NCBI RefSeq assembly: GCF_006345805.1
Contig: NC_042999.1
Span: 12,524,001 to 12,588,000 of the forward strand
DNA: 64,000 nucleotides
Reading direction: 5' to 3'
Source: Octopus sinensis
Taxonomy: Eukaryota
In this document: one piece after another, positions 10,700 through 22,896 of the stretch
Layout: every line of letters starts with the position of its first letter
Numbering within the stretch: position 1 is the stretch's first letter
Notes under the pieces: model-generated
Told to the model about the DNA's origin: nothing
Database searches by the model: none
What the model saw: the letters and a program-made list of their open reading frames with translations, nothing else
Made by a program: the position numbers and the translations under genes

Positions 10700-13269
10700 A
10701 TAAACACTCTACCACTGCAACTAATAACTGTTGGGAACACTTTCAAACCTGCCTTACATTCGAACCGGAATCTCAACGCCCGAGTTTTCCATCTGAAGTT
10801 AATCTCTCTCATGGAGCATACAAAAAGGGCAAGTCTTTGGGCCCATACAATGTGACGTACACAATCGAGTGGCAAAAAAGGGGCCTTCCATATGCTCATA
10901 TCCTGCTTTGGCTCTCAGCGAAGATCAATTCCAATGACATCGACAACATAATCTCTGCAGAGCTTCCTGATCCAGCTTTAGACAAAGAACTATACAAAAT
11001 AGTTAAAGCAAACATGGTACATGGTCCATGTGGGCATGGATTCAACATAAACTCACCATGCTTGAAGGACAGCATATGTTCAAAACTGGGTGGAAATGAA
11101 TTATCGACGTATGGCCTGTCACAAGCATTCAGGTCAGGGTCAAATAGCCTTCCCGCTGCTGTCATTCGTGAAACAACCTACGACACTCAAGCGCTTTCAA
11201 AGTACATTGTTGAAAATGAGCCTAAATTACTTCCGGACCAGCTGCAGGCCTACAGAACTATTCTTAACAGTGTACACCAACGCGAGGGATGAATCTTCTT
11301 CCTCGATGTTCCTGGAGGGACAGGAAAAACATTTATTACGAAGCTTCTCCTTGCAGAAGTTGGGCAGCATCAGAACATTGCAGTAGCTGTAGCCTCCTCT
11401 GGCATTGCAGCTACTTTGTTACCCGGTGGCAGGACAGCACACTCAACTTTTAAACTCCCTCTCAATTTAGCAGCATCCGAAATGCCTTCATGCAACATCA
11501 ACAAAAGCTCAGATCAGGGACAAGTACTTAAAATGTGTTATGTAATTGTCTGGGATGAGTGCACTATGACTCACAAGGGAGCTTTGGCAGCATTAGATAG
11601 AGCCCTGAAAGACATCCGAGACTGTCAGGCTCCAATGGGAGGTGTAACGCTTCTGTTGTCAGGTGATTTCAGGCAAACTCTTCCTGTCATTCCGAAAGAC
11701 ACTAGAGCAGATGAAGTCCAAGCATGCCTAAAGTCCTCTACCCTGTGGCATCATGTTACAATCCTCAGTCTCACCACTAACATGAGAGCTCAGCTACACG
11801 GCGACAAAATGTCCACAAAGTTTGCACAGGACATTTTGACACTTGGTGAAGGCAAGATGCCTCTCGATGCTGCAGGACAAATCGAAGTGTGGTCATTTTC
11901 CTCTGTTGTTAGTTTTGTAGATGACCTCAAAAACAAAGTCTTTCCCAACTTCACACAAAACTACCAAAATCACAAATGGCTGTGTGAAAGAGCAATATTA
12001 GCTCCAAAAAACGTCACTGTTAACAAAATTAATCAACAGCTAATGCATTCTCTTCCCGGCACTATACACACTTACAAGTCTGTTGATACAATTCCAGATA
12101 TAAATGAAGTTGTGAACTATCCTCCTGAATTTCTCAATTCACTGGAGCCTCCTGGACTACCCCCACACATATTAGCACTTAAAGTTGGAACTCCTGTAAT
12201 GCTACTCCGCAATCTGGAACCACCAAGACTTTGCAATGGAACACGATTGGTGATAAAGAAAATGATGTCACACGTTATCGAGGCGATCATTCTTTCTGGA
12301 TGTGGAAAAGGTGATGATGTCTTTATTCCAAGAATTCCTCTTACTCCAGCAGGAGCAGAAATTCCATTTACATTCAGAAGACTGCAATTCCCCCTTCGTG
12401 TCAGCTTTGCCATGTCCATTAACAAGTCTCAGTAGCTGGTCTTCTCTTAGTTAGTTAGTTAGTTAGTTAGTTAATTTGGCTCAAAAGCAAATAGCAAGGC
12501 CATGTAGGGGGACATGGAGTTAAGTACAGGGTGGTGTTCATGTAAAGAGTTCAGGCCACTTGAGGTCAAGGGAGGCTTTGAACAAAGCGGTCGCCGGCAT
12601 CTTCACCATCTCGTCTGGCAGCTTGTTCCACGGATCCGCAACCCGGACGGAGAAAGCTCCTCTCCTTCGATTGAGATGAAATCGTCGTGGGTAGAGCTTT
12701 TCGGAATGACCCCGCAGCCGACGCTCTGGAGCAGGAGTGAAGAACAGCTCTTTCGAGAGGTTACACTTTCCGCTTATGATGTTGTGGGCGAGAATGAGAT
12801 CACCACGGCGGCGTCGTTTTTCAAGAGAATAAAGGTCGAGCGTCCTCAGCCTTTCTTTGTAGGACAAATTTTTGAGACCATGAACCATGCGGGTAGCCAG
12901 CTTCTGGACTCTTTCGAGATGCTGTATGTCTTTGAGGAGATAAGGAGAAGAGGCTTGAATCCCGTACTCCAATATGGGTCTCACATGGGCAACTGTATGT
13001 TGGCTGCTCAAGAGTAGGAACCAAAAGAAACCTTTTTGTATATGCTCCACAAGGAAAAGCAAGGAACATTGTTTACAACGAGGTGTTATAATCTCAACAG
13101 CCAGGAGGTATATACATGATCCCCCTTTTTTAAAACAAACTACATGTACTTTCATGTATTTATATTAATATACATATATTTGTGTGTGTGTGTATATCCA
13201 TATATATATAACAGAAAAGTCTAATTCTTCAATTGAATGTAACTGGGCAACGCCAGGTATCTCTGCTAA
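10700..13269 (+). mobile_element. Helitron, internally deleted RepHel
   Basis: Rep motif YTIEWQKRGLPYAHILLWL; PIF1-like motifs FLDVPGGTGKTF, GGRTAHSTFKLPL, IVWDECTM, GDFRQTLPV, FAMSINKSQ; C-terminus HGQLYVGCSRVGTKRNLFVYAPQGKARNIVYNEVL* at about 12985-13090; 3' hairpin ctgggcaacgccag (13243-13256) then CTAA (13266-13269); 5' limit uncertain. Confidence 0.9.
12449..12983 (-). mobile_element. 5'-truncated CR1-group LINE inside the Helitron
   Basis: VRPILEYG...LERVQKLATR...LYSLEKRRRRGDL...RLRGHS...FSVRVADPWNKLP; (TAAC)n tail; same family as 42988-47460. Confidence 0.9.
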
Positions 13270-13282
13270 TATATATATATAT

Positions 13283-16200
13283 ATCATCATCATCATCATT
13301 TAGCATCCGTTTTCCATGCTAGCATGGGTTGGACGGTTTAACTGGGGTCTGTGAAGCCGGAAGGCTTCATCAGGCCCAGTCAGATTTGGCAGTGTTTCTA
13401 CGGCTGGATGCCCTTCCTAACGCCAACCACTCTGCGAGTGTAGTGGGTGTTTTTTACGTGCCACCTGCACAGGTGCCAGACAGAGCTGGCGAACGGCCAT
13501 GAACGGATGGTGTTTTTACGTGTCACCGGCACGGGGCCAGGCAATGCTGGCAACGGACATGAACGGATGGTGCTTTTACGTGCCACCGACACGGGGCCAG
13601 ACAGAGCTGGCAAACGGCCACGAACGGACGGTGCTTTTACGTGTCACCTGCACGGGGGCCAGCCGAGGCTGGCTACGAACACGAACGGATGGTGCTTTTA
13701 CGTGCCACCGACACGGGGCCAGACAGAGCTGGCAAACGGCCATGAACGGACGGTGCTTTTACGTGTCACCTGCATGGGGGCCAGCCGAGGCTGGCAACGA
13801 ACACGAACGGATGGTGCTTTTACGTGCCACGGACACGGGGCCAGACAGAGCTGGCAAACGGCCACGAACGGACGGTGCTTTTACGTGTCACCGGCACAGG
13901 GGCCAGCCGAGGCTGGCAACGGACACGAACGGATGGTGCTTTTATGTGCCACCGACACGGGGCCAGACGGAGCTGGCAAACGGCCACGAACGGACGGTGC
14001 TTTTACGTGTCACCGGCACAGGGCCAGGCGAGGCTGGCAACGAACACGAACGGATGGTGCTTTTAAATGCCACCGACACGGGGGCCAGACAGAGCTGGCA
14101 AACGGTCACGAGCGAATGGTGCTTTTATGTATCACCGACACGGGTGCCAGACGAGGCTGACAGTGGACACGAACAGATGGGTCACTTAACCCCTGCTTTC
14201 TGATATATGATTTGATTTTGATTGTTCTCACTGGTCTTGCCGGGTCTTCTGACGCACAGCATACTTCCATAGGTCTCGGTCTCTGGTCATTTCCTTGGTG
14301 AGACCTAGAGTTCGAAGGTCGTGCTTCACCACCTCGACCCAGGTTTACCTGGGTCTACCTCTTCCAAAGGTCCCCTCAACTGCCAGGGTGTGGCACTTTT
14401 TCACACACCTATCTTCATCCATTCTCGCCACATGACCATACCAGCGTAATCGTCTCTCTTGCACACAACATCTGATTCCTCTTAGGTCCAACTTTTCTCT
14501 CAAGGTACTTACACTCTGTCGACTATGAACACTGACATTACACATCCAACGGAGCATACTAGCTTCATTTCTTGCGAGCTTACGCATGTCCTCAGCAGTC
14601 ACGGCCCATGTTTCACTGCCATGTAGCATGGCTGTTCGTACACATGCATCATACAGTCTGAGCGAGAGGCCTTTAGTCACCAACAGAGGTAAGAGCTCCC
14701 TAAACTTTGCCCAGGCTATTCTTACTCTAGCCGTTACACTTTCAGCACACCCACCCCCACTACTGACTTGGTCACCAAGATAACGGAAGCTATCAACTAC
14801 TTCTAGTTTTTCCCCCTGGAAAGTGACGGAAGTTGTTTTCTGCAGATTTTCAGAGGTTAATGCTCCCGAGCATCTGCCACATACAAAAACCATCTTCCTA
14901 GTTAGCCTTCCTATGACATTGCTGCACCTCTTATGTGTCCATAGCTTACACTTGGTGCATCTTATAGAGTTTCTACCTACACCTTTTCTACAGATCGAGC
15001 AGGGCCATCTACCTGAAGGCGTTTGTGATTTGTCTACCTTCCTACTTATTACGACTTTGGTTTTAGCTAGGTTGACTCTAAGGCCCTTCGATTCTAAACC
15101 ATGCTTCTACACCTGAAACTTCTTCTCCAGTTCTGATAATGACTCAGCAATTAGAGCAAGGTCATCAGCATAGAGGAGCTCCCAGGGGCATCCTGTCTTG
15201 AATTCCTCCGTTATTGCCTGGAGGCCTATGATAAATAGGAGGGGGCTGAGGACTGAACCTTAGTGGACCCCTACCTCTACCCGGAATTCTTCACTGTACT
15301 CATTGCTAACCCTCACCTTACTAGCAGCATCCCTGTACATGGGTTGCACAGCTCTCACTAACCATTCATCTATTCCTAGTTTCCTCATTGACCACCAGAT
15401 GAGGGATCGGGGGACCCTGTCGAAGGCTTTCTCCATGTCAACAAAAGCCAGGTACAGGGGCTTATCTTTGGCTAGGTATTTCTCCTGCAGCTGCCTTACC
15501 AGGAATATAGCATCAGTGGTACTTTTCCCTGGCACGAACCCAAACTGCATCTCATCTAAACTAACTCTCTCTCTAATTAGTTGGCTTATGACCCTCTCTG
15601 TAACCTTCATCACCTGATCCAACAGCTTGATACCTCTGTAATTATTTGTATCTAGGGCATCACCTTTACCTTTGTAGCAGTTGACTATTATGCTGCTACA
15701 CCAGTCATTGGGTATGACTCCTTCATGTATCACCTGATTAACTATACAGGTGACTATGCTATAGCCGACACTACCAGATATTTTGAGCATCTCTGCAGTG
15801 ATACCTGATGGGCCTGGGGCTTTCCCTGTCTTCATGCTTCTAATTGCCTTAGCTACCATGGAACTATCAACCCTGATAGCTGGTCCCTCTGTTGGGTCAA
15901 CGTTCGGCAGACTCTCTTTATCCCATTCATTTTCTTTATTCAGCAACCTTTCATAGTGGCGTCTCCAAGCCTCTCTCTTTGCATCCTCATTTAGCGCAAG
16001 TGAACCATCATCCATGCGAACACATTTCTCTCCTACCACATCACGATTCTCTCTCACACACTGTCTTGCAACGCGATATACCTCAAGTCTTTGGTCCTCA
16101 CGGTGCAGAACATTGGCAATTTTTTTCTTATCTGCTTCCCCTCTGGCTAGATAGACCGGTCTCCTAGCTTCTCTTTTGGCAGTCTGATACAATTCCCTGC

Positions 16201-17020
16201 TACCCCCATTCTTCCAGTGCTTCCAAGTCTGTCTCTTTTCTCTAATAGCCCTGTCTACAACACTGTTCCACCACCACGTTACCTTGGGACGAGAGGGGAC
16301 TTTGCACCAGCCACAGATCTGGTCAGTGGCTCTCAGCAGGTTGTCCCTTAGAAACGTCCAGTTGCCCTCTACCCCATGTGATACTCTATCCCCTTCTACT
16401 TCGTCAAAGGCTTCAAGTAACATGTCTCTAAATCTCTGTCCATTCGCAGGATCCTTAAGCTTCCAGATCCTTCTTCTCCATGTTGGTCGTCTTCTGGTTG
16501 TCCTCCTACTCCTGATCCTAAAGTCACTAACTACCAGTCTATGTTGTGGGGTACATTCTTCGCCTGGGAAGGTTTTGGCATTTATAAGTAGCCATCTTTC
16601 CTTTTTCCTGGCAAGGATGTAGTCAATTTGGCTGGTATGTTGGCCCGATCGGTAGGTGACTAGGTGGCTGGTAGGTTTCCTGAAGTTAGTGTTGCAAATC
16701 ATAAGATTATTTGCATCGCAAAACTCCAGCAGCCTGGTTCCCTCCTCGTTGCGGGAACCAGAGCCATAGCCTCCATGTACGCCATGGAAGCCCCCAGCAT
16801 GTCGTCCAACGTGACCATTGAAGTCACCAGCCACAAAGAGAAGGTCTCTGTCGTTCGTCAACGAGGTAGTCTGCAGTAGAGTGTCATAGAATCGATCTTT
16901 CTGTCCATCAGGTAGCCCCGACTGAGGAGCATAGGCTGATATAATGGTTGCTACACTATGATGAAGCGCTAATCTAATCTTAAGTATTCTGTCGCATACT
17001 CTGATTACCTCATAATTGAA
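13283..17020 (-). mobile_element. RTE-clade LINE, 5'-truncated, disrupted
   Basis: ORF 15260-17053 (EN plus RT) and 14345-14893; (CAT)n tail at 13283. Confidence 0.95.
13470..14185. repeat. ~61-bp minisatellite, about 12 units with A/B alternation, in RTE 3'UTR
   Basis: gaacgga(t/c)ggtg recurs at 13501, 13561, 13622, 13683, 13744, 13805, 13866, 13927, 13988 and 14048, with diverged units at 14110 and 14171. Confidence 0.9.
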
Positions 17021-17874
17021 AAATAGGATAAAATCTTTATAAGAATTTATCAAGTAGTTAGCGTGAAAAATCCATCAATTTTTCCTCTTAAATATGTTTA
17101 CTTATATTAAGCATATTACTATACATAAATGCCTCATGCTAGGAGGGACTCTTAAAGTTAAAACTACCATAAGAAATAAGCACATTGTACCGAATTCGAG
17201 GGAATGCAACTCTCGAAGCAAGCATTTTAAAAACAGAATTCAAACAAACACCAATCTATAGTATTACTTCAAATTTTTAAAAAAGTACCATTCGATATGT
17301 TATACAAAATTCAAATTTTATATCTCTGAAGAGCAGAAGAGTTGTCTATAAATGCTTATCAATATAGAATTTCATTATAGGGATAGCACTTCTGTGAAAC
17401 GATCGTAAGATGCTTTAAAAACTTAATTCAAAACTTGTAAACTGTCATATACATTATATATTTACACTTATACATATTTACATATATTTTATATATATTT
17501 ATATTTTTAATACAACAATTATTTTACACACGTATATATCTTTCTGAAGAATTTTCTAATATTGATTTCCTGATATTAATAATAATATATTATAAAATAT
17601 ATATAATCGCTCGTATTAAATATATAAATACTTTGATACAATAGAGCACTTAATATAAATTCAGTATATAATATTCTCATTGAATATATTTAACTAAAGA
17701 TTTATACACACACACCTATATTTATGTATTTGTTTTGCAAGAATCTGGTGTGAAATAATGTATGGAAACAGATATTGTTATTTTCGGGATGGTCAATTTT
17801 TTCTTTTTTTTGCTAAATAGAGCGTGTGTTTATTTGGCAAAGAAAAAAGAAAATAGAAAACCAACCCGAAATAT

Positions 17875-17877
<3 letters not shown>

Positions 17878-17920
<43 letters not shown>

Positions 17921-18105
17921 ATATATATATGTATGTATGTATATATATATATGTATGTGTGTATATATATATATGTATGTGTATATATATATATATATAT
18001 ATGTATGTGTATATATATATGTATGTGTATATATATATATGTATGTGTATATATATATATGTATGTGTATATATATGTATGTGTATATATATATATATGT
18101 ATGTG

Positions 18106-18136
<31 letters not shown>

Positions 18137-18164
18137 GTATGTATATATATATATGTATGTATAT

Positions 18165-18254
<90 letters not shown>

Positions 18255-18370
18255 GTATATATATATATATTTTTATTTTTTATTTTTTATTTTTTATTTT
18301 TTATTTTTTTTTTTATTTTTTATTTTTTATTTTTTATATTTTATTTTTTATTTTTTATTTTTTTATTTAT
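17878..18370. repeat. Compound (TA)n/(TATG)n microsatellite followed by (TTTTTA)n
   Basis: Directly visible. Confidence 0.95.
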
Positions 18371-18574
18371 TCTCCTATCTAATTTAACACTGACTCCTTG
18401 ACCACTCCCCCAAGTATGATTTTTTGCGCTATGCCTACCCCCCAAAAGTCCCCCACCAACACCCCTTTAAACCTGCCTAAATGTATAAATGCCAATACAA
18501 TTCTTGTTAACTAGCTTCCTGAAGATTTCTCTTGAATGAAACAGTTCTAGTCCTGTAGAAGCTCCTTCTATATA

Positions 18575-18614
<40 letters not shown>

Positions 18615-19109
18615 GAAATATTAAAATTACTAAGTCTCTCTAAAAGAGTATATATATATATAAATATATATATACTCAATTTACCTAAGTCTGACTTGGT
18701 AGGGCAAATCAGTTATATATATATAACACTAAAGAATAAATCATCGAATCTCGCAAGCAATATAGAGATAGATTATATTCCGCTGTCTGCCTTATTTCGT
18801 TCCTTCTCATCATAGCTGCACTTATAAAAAGACAGAAGGAAAGTTTTTTGGGGTTTTTAAATATAGTACCTATACGTAAAGAATGATTTCTAACATTTTG
18901 AAGAATTCCACAAATATTAAGACAAAGGTGTATTTCCGATTTAATTGTTTCTGACATTTGAGAGGATCCTAATGATAATTCTATTTGCTGCAAGAAAGAC
19001 GGATGCGATGGCATTTAAAGAACAAGAAAAGTGGAGGAAAAGATTTCATTGAAATCGAATGAAAAGGACTGAACAATTATGATTTCAAAGTTCGGCACAA
19101 GTCCAGCAA

Positions 19110-19310
19110 TTTTAGGGGGAAGTATTAGTCGATTATTTCGAACCCCTAAAACTGACTGATACTTTATTTCAGACTCCCAGAACAGATGAAAGGCAAACTT
19201 CACCTCGGCGAGATTTGAACTCAGAATGTAAAGAGGCAGAAGTAAATACTCCGGGGCATTTTTTTCTTAACACTCGAAAGATTCTGCCAGCTCGCTGCCC
19301 TCATAATGAT
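19110..19310 (+). mobile_element. Nin-domain SINE
   Basis: gatgaaaggcaaacttcacctcggcgagatttgaactcagaatgtaaag core and (TAA)n tail. Confidence 0.7.
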
Positions 19311-19334
19311 AATAATGATAATAATAATAATAAT

Positions 19335-19470
19335 AAACCTTTCTACTATAGGCACAAGGCCTGCGACCGCAGAGCGTAACTGGAACTTATTTCATCGACC
19401 CCGAAAGAATGAGAGGCAAAGTCGATTTCCAGTCGCACATGAACTCAACAAAGCATCTTACCCGGCGCTT
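19335..19470 (+). mobile_element. Nin-domain SINE, deleted copy
   Basis: atcgaccccgaaagaatgagaggcaaagtcg. Confidence 0.65.
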
Positions 19471-19594
19471 TGACAACACATTTCGCTTCAATCTCTGTGT
19501 AAACAAGTAGATGATAAGCTTATTTCAAACCTCAGACTATGGTATATCAAATGAAATTCATAAATAATAATATTGGCTCAGCTGCTTCACTCAC

Positions 19595-19748
19595 CGGCAA
19601 TCAATATCAACGCCAAATAAATTCCTAGATTGATCCAAAACGCTTTATCGTGGTAGGTAAGGATGGGCTCAGCTTCAGTGTATATGATCCCGCTGCAATT
19701 TAATTCTAACCGGCTACTATCGAGTACAGTGCAAGTTACGGTCGACAT
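19595..19748 (-). CDS. First coding exon of a DUF21/CNNM-family (Mam3-like) membrane protein
   Basis: ATG at 19748 opens MSTVTCTVLDSSRLELNCSGIIYTEAEPILTYHDKAFWINLGIYLALILIA plus one base, ending at a strong donor G|GTGAGT; the FWxxLGIYxxLxLxAG helix matches the start of DUF21 (expected continuation LMSGLTMGLLSLD, from family knowledge); CpG-rich, non-repetitive context. Confidence 0.8.
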
Positions 19749-20364
19749 TGTTCAGCGCCTCTCGCTCTGTTGTCATGTGCAAATGATAAACAAACGGGTT
19801 TGGGACACGGCGTAATGGGCGCGGCTTGCGAGTAAATAGATCGGAGTTACGTAACCCTACATTCGCAGATTGCCGTGCGAGGGCGCTCCTTTCCATTTTG
19901 TTGCTGCTCCAATAAATAAATAAACAAATAAACAAATAAACAAATACAAAGTAAAAGAAAGAAACTTTCTCTGGCGAGGAAGACTTTCCTTAAAAACATT
20001 GAATCGCGAATTTTACTGTCCGAAACAGAAGTTTTTCAAAACAAATGCGTGACGGTCCGATTGGGATTTGTTTTGGCACCAATACACACACACACACACA
20101 CATTTATTTATTTATTCATGTACGTATGTATGATTGTATGTGTTAGTATGGGTGATATGTGCGTTTATAGGTACGTGTGGGCATATGTATGTATGTATAT
20201 CGTTGTTCAGTTTTATTTCAAGATTCCTTGCCAATAGAAAAAGAGTCGGTTTCTGACCTAGATCCAAGGCTCCTTCATCGGAATTTCAACGTCAACAACA
20301 GGGTATTTTTGTTTGTATGTGTGTATGTATGTATGTGTGTGTGTATGTATGTATGTATGTATGT

Positions 20365-20760
20365 CTCCAGAATGGAGAACCATCGCCTTCCAAAGATTGC
20401 CCTGTTTGGCGAACTCTCCACCGGTCACCGAGTGAGAGGAGCTCCGTGGAAGCGCTACAAAGACTGCCTGAAGAAGCCTCTAACAGTATGTCATATTGAC
20501 CACCAATGCTGGTCAGACCTGGCTGCGGACCGTGATGTCTGGCGCCACACGATCTTCAACGCAGACAGCAAGTTTGAGGAACAAAGAAGAGACGCAGGAG
20601 GAAGGTGCGAGCCGCCTCTGACACCACACCGGATGTTACCTTCGTCTGTGGACACTGCTCACGGACCTGCCTTTCCCATATCGGACTTGTCAGTCATGAG
20701 CGTGCATGCACGCGACGTGGACGATCTTCGTTCGCAAAGCCGAGCCATGATGATGATGCC
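20365..20760 (+). mobile_element. BovB-type RTE LINE 3' fragment
   Basis: RMENHRLPKIALFGELSTGHRVRGAPWKRYKDCLKK, a C-terminal C2H2-like motif in another frame (CGHCSRTCLSHIGLVSHERAC) and a (GAT)n tail. Confidence 0.85.
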
Positions 20761-20879
20761 TGTATGTATGTGTGTGTGCAGGTTTGTATGTTTTGCTTTA
20801 TGTATATATTCTCATGTATATTGTTGCATATCTAGACATGCTCATATATATTCTAATGATAGGATAGAATAAGAAGAGT

Positions 20880-22875
20880 GGTGGCGAAGACGCCTGTGCG
20901 TGAAATTTTTTAACGTGTGCTTGAGGTCGTACGCCCAGTAAAGCACACGTAAACTTGACAGATCACCAACTTGACCCAATGGCAAGGTAAACCGAGACGA
21001 TTGGAGTCGATGGTCTGTTGCAGCCTTTGTCCGCCTTCACAGCCGTTGAGTTGTTAAGGCAACTTCATCTGCCTGTTCCACCGTTGAGGACTTGATGACT
21101 GTCAGAGCCCCGTTTGCCGCTAGCACAGCTGGCTTGCTGTGCTCGCGTTGCCCAGTCTGCACCTCGTGGAGGAGGGGTTGAACTTTTGCAGACCAACACC
21201 AGCTCCACCAACTCTTGGTCAAAATCTGGACAAATGAAGTTGTACCATCCGACTTCAGGGATGCCAACATCATTACCGTTTACAAACGAAAGGGCGATCG
21301 TTCTGAGTGTGGAAATTACTGGGGTATTTCCTTATTAGCAACTGCTGGGAAGATTCTTGCACGCATCCTGAACAACCGCCTCAAAACGCTGTCAGAGAGG
21401 ATCCTTTCTGAGACGCAGACCGGCTTTTGGCCATCACGAAGCACAACCGACATGATCTTCACGCTGTGACAGCTACAAGAAAAATGTCGTGAGCAACACC
21501 AACCGCTCTATTTGGCCTTTATCGACCTATCCAAAGCCTTTGATTGTGTCTCGCGAGAGCTCCTCTGGGATATTCTCACCCAGTATGGATGCCCAGATAA
21601 GTTCATCCGGATCCTCAAACTCCTCCACAACAATATGCACGCCAGAGTCCAGACCGACGGAGGCAGTACTGAGCCCTTTAAAGTCACCTCCGGAGTGAAG
21701 CAAGGCTGCGTGATAGCGCCAACTCTCTTTACCATCTTTATCGCGACAGTGTTGCACATCATACAAGATGACCTTCCACCTGGCATCGAGATCTCGTACA
21801 GAATGGATGGCAAGCTTTTCAACCTCACTCGCCTCAAAAGTACGTCAAAGACAATGGCGCGAAGCTTGCTAGAGTTCCAATATGCCGACGACAACAGTGT
21901 AGCAGCTTACAGAGAGGATCATCTCCAACAGATCCTAAATGCTTTTCATCATGCATATACTAAACTTGGACAAAGCATCAACATCAAGAAGACTCACTTA
22001 CTCTACCAATCTCCTCCCAATACCCGTGTTGACAACCCGCCATCGATTCAACTCGAAGGAATTCCACTGGAAAATGTGAACCATTTCTGCTACCTTGGGA
22101 GCCATCTGTCAGCAAAGGTAGACCTCAGCGATGAAATCCAACACCGTCTGAGGTGTGCAGGAACAGCTTTCAGCAAGCTTCAAACAAGAATTTTTGCTGA
22201 TCGGGACATCCAAACCGAAACCAAACTTATGGTGTACAGGGCAGTCATTATTCCAACCCTCCTTTACACATCCGAAACCTGCACCCCATATAGTCACCAC
22301 CTGAAAATGCTCGAGAAATTTCACTAACGCTGTCTTCGGAAGATCCTTAACATCAGCTGGAAAGACAGAAGAACAAACGTCAGCGTGCTACAAGAAGCAA
22401 AAATGACCAGCATCGAAGCCTATGTCATCAAAGGCCAACTAAGATGGAGCGGCCACGTGGTTAGAATGACTGACGAACAACTTCCCAAACAGATCTTCTA
22501 CTCTCAACTCAAAGGCGGCAAGCGTACAAAAGGATGCCAGAAGAAACGCTACAAGGACTCCCTGAAAACGAACCTCAAAAAGTGTGACATCGACTTCACT
22601 AACTGGGAGGAAACGGCAAAAAACAGACCACTCTGGAAAACCACCATCCATGAGGGAGCGGCGACTTTTCGAGTCGAAAAGGTCTGCAGAGCTGGAGGAG
22701 AAAAGACGACGATGGAAGGAGCGCCAACAACAACCACGTGCGACTCTCCTTTCTGGCACTAGATGTCCGCACTGCGTCTGATCTTTTCAAGCAAGAACTG
22801 GTCTTATCGGTCACCTACGGACTCACCAGTAAATTTGTGCGAAGACCATCATCCTCGACCTTGAGGGATTGCCAT
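20880..22875 (+). mobile_element. BovB-type RTE LINE (RT to 3' end) preceded by an apparently inverted 5' segment
   Basis: KIWTNEVVPSDFRDANIITVYKRKGDRSECGNY, FIDLSKAFD, GVKQGCVIAPTLF, FQYADD, QLRWSGHVVRM; stops and frameshifts. Confidence 0.9.
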
Positions 22876-22896
22876 AAAAAAAAAAAATCAATGATA

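Noticed and set aside
13470-14185. CRISPR-like regular array (also 48568-48878)
   Set aside because: Whole units repeat with no unique spacers, there are no cas genes, and the arrays sit in a eukaryotic LINE 3'UTR
13447-14203. 200+ aa repetitive ORFs (also 3332-4104 and 48417-49027)
   Set aside because: Open only because of stop-poor tandem repeats in RTE 3'UTRs; several frames and both strands are open
17762-18401. Long YI/CV-rich ORFs (also near 2.1, 10.4, 23.3, 30.1, 42.5 and 57.9 kb)
   Set aside because: Translations of (TA)n/(TG)n microsatellites
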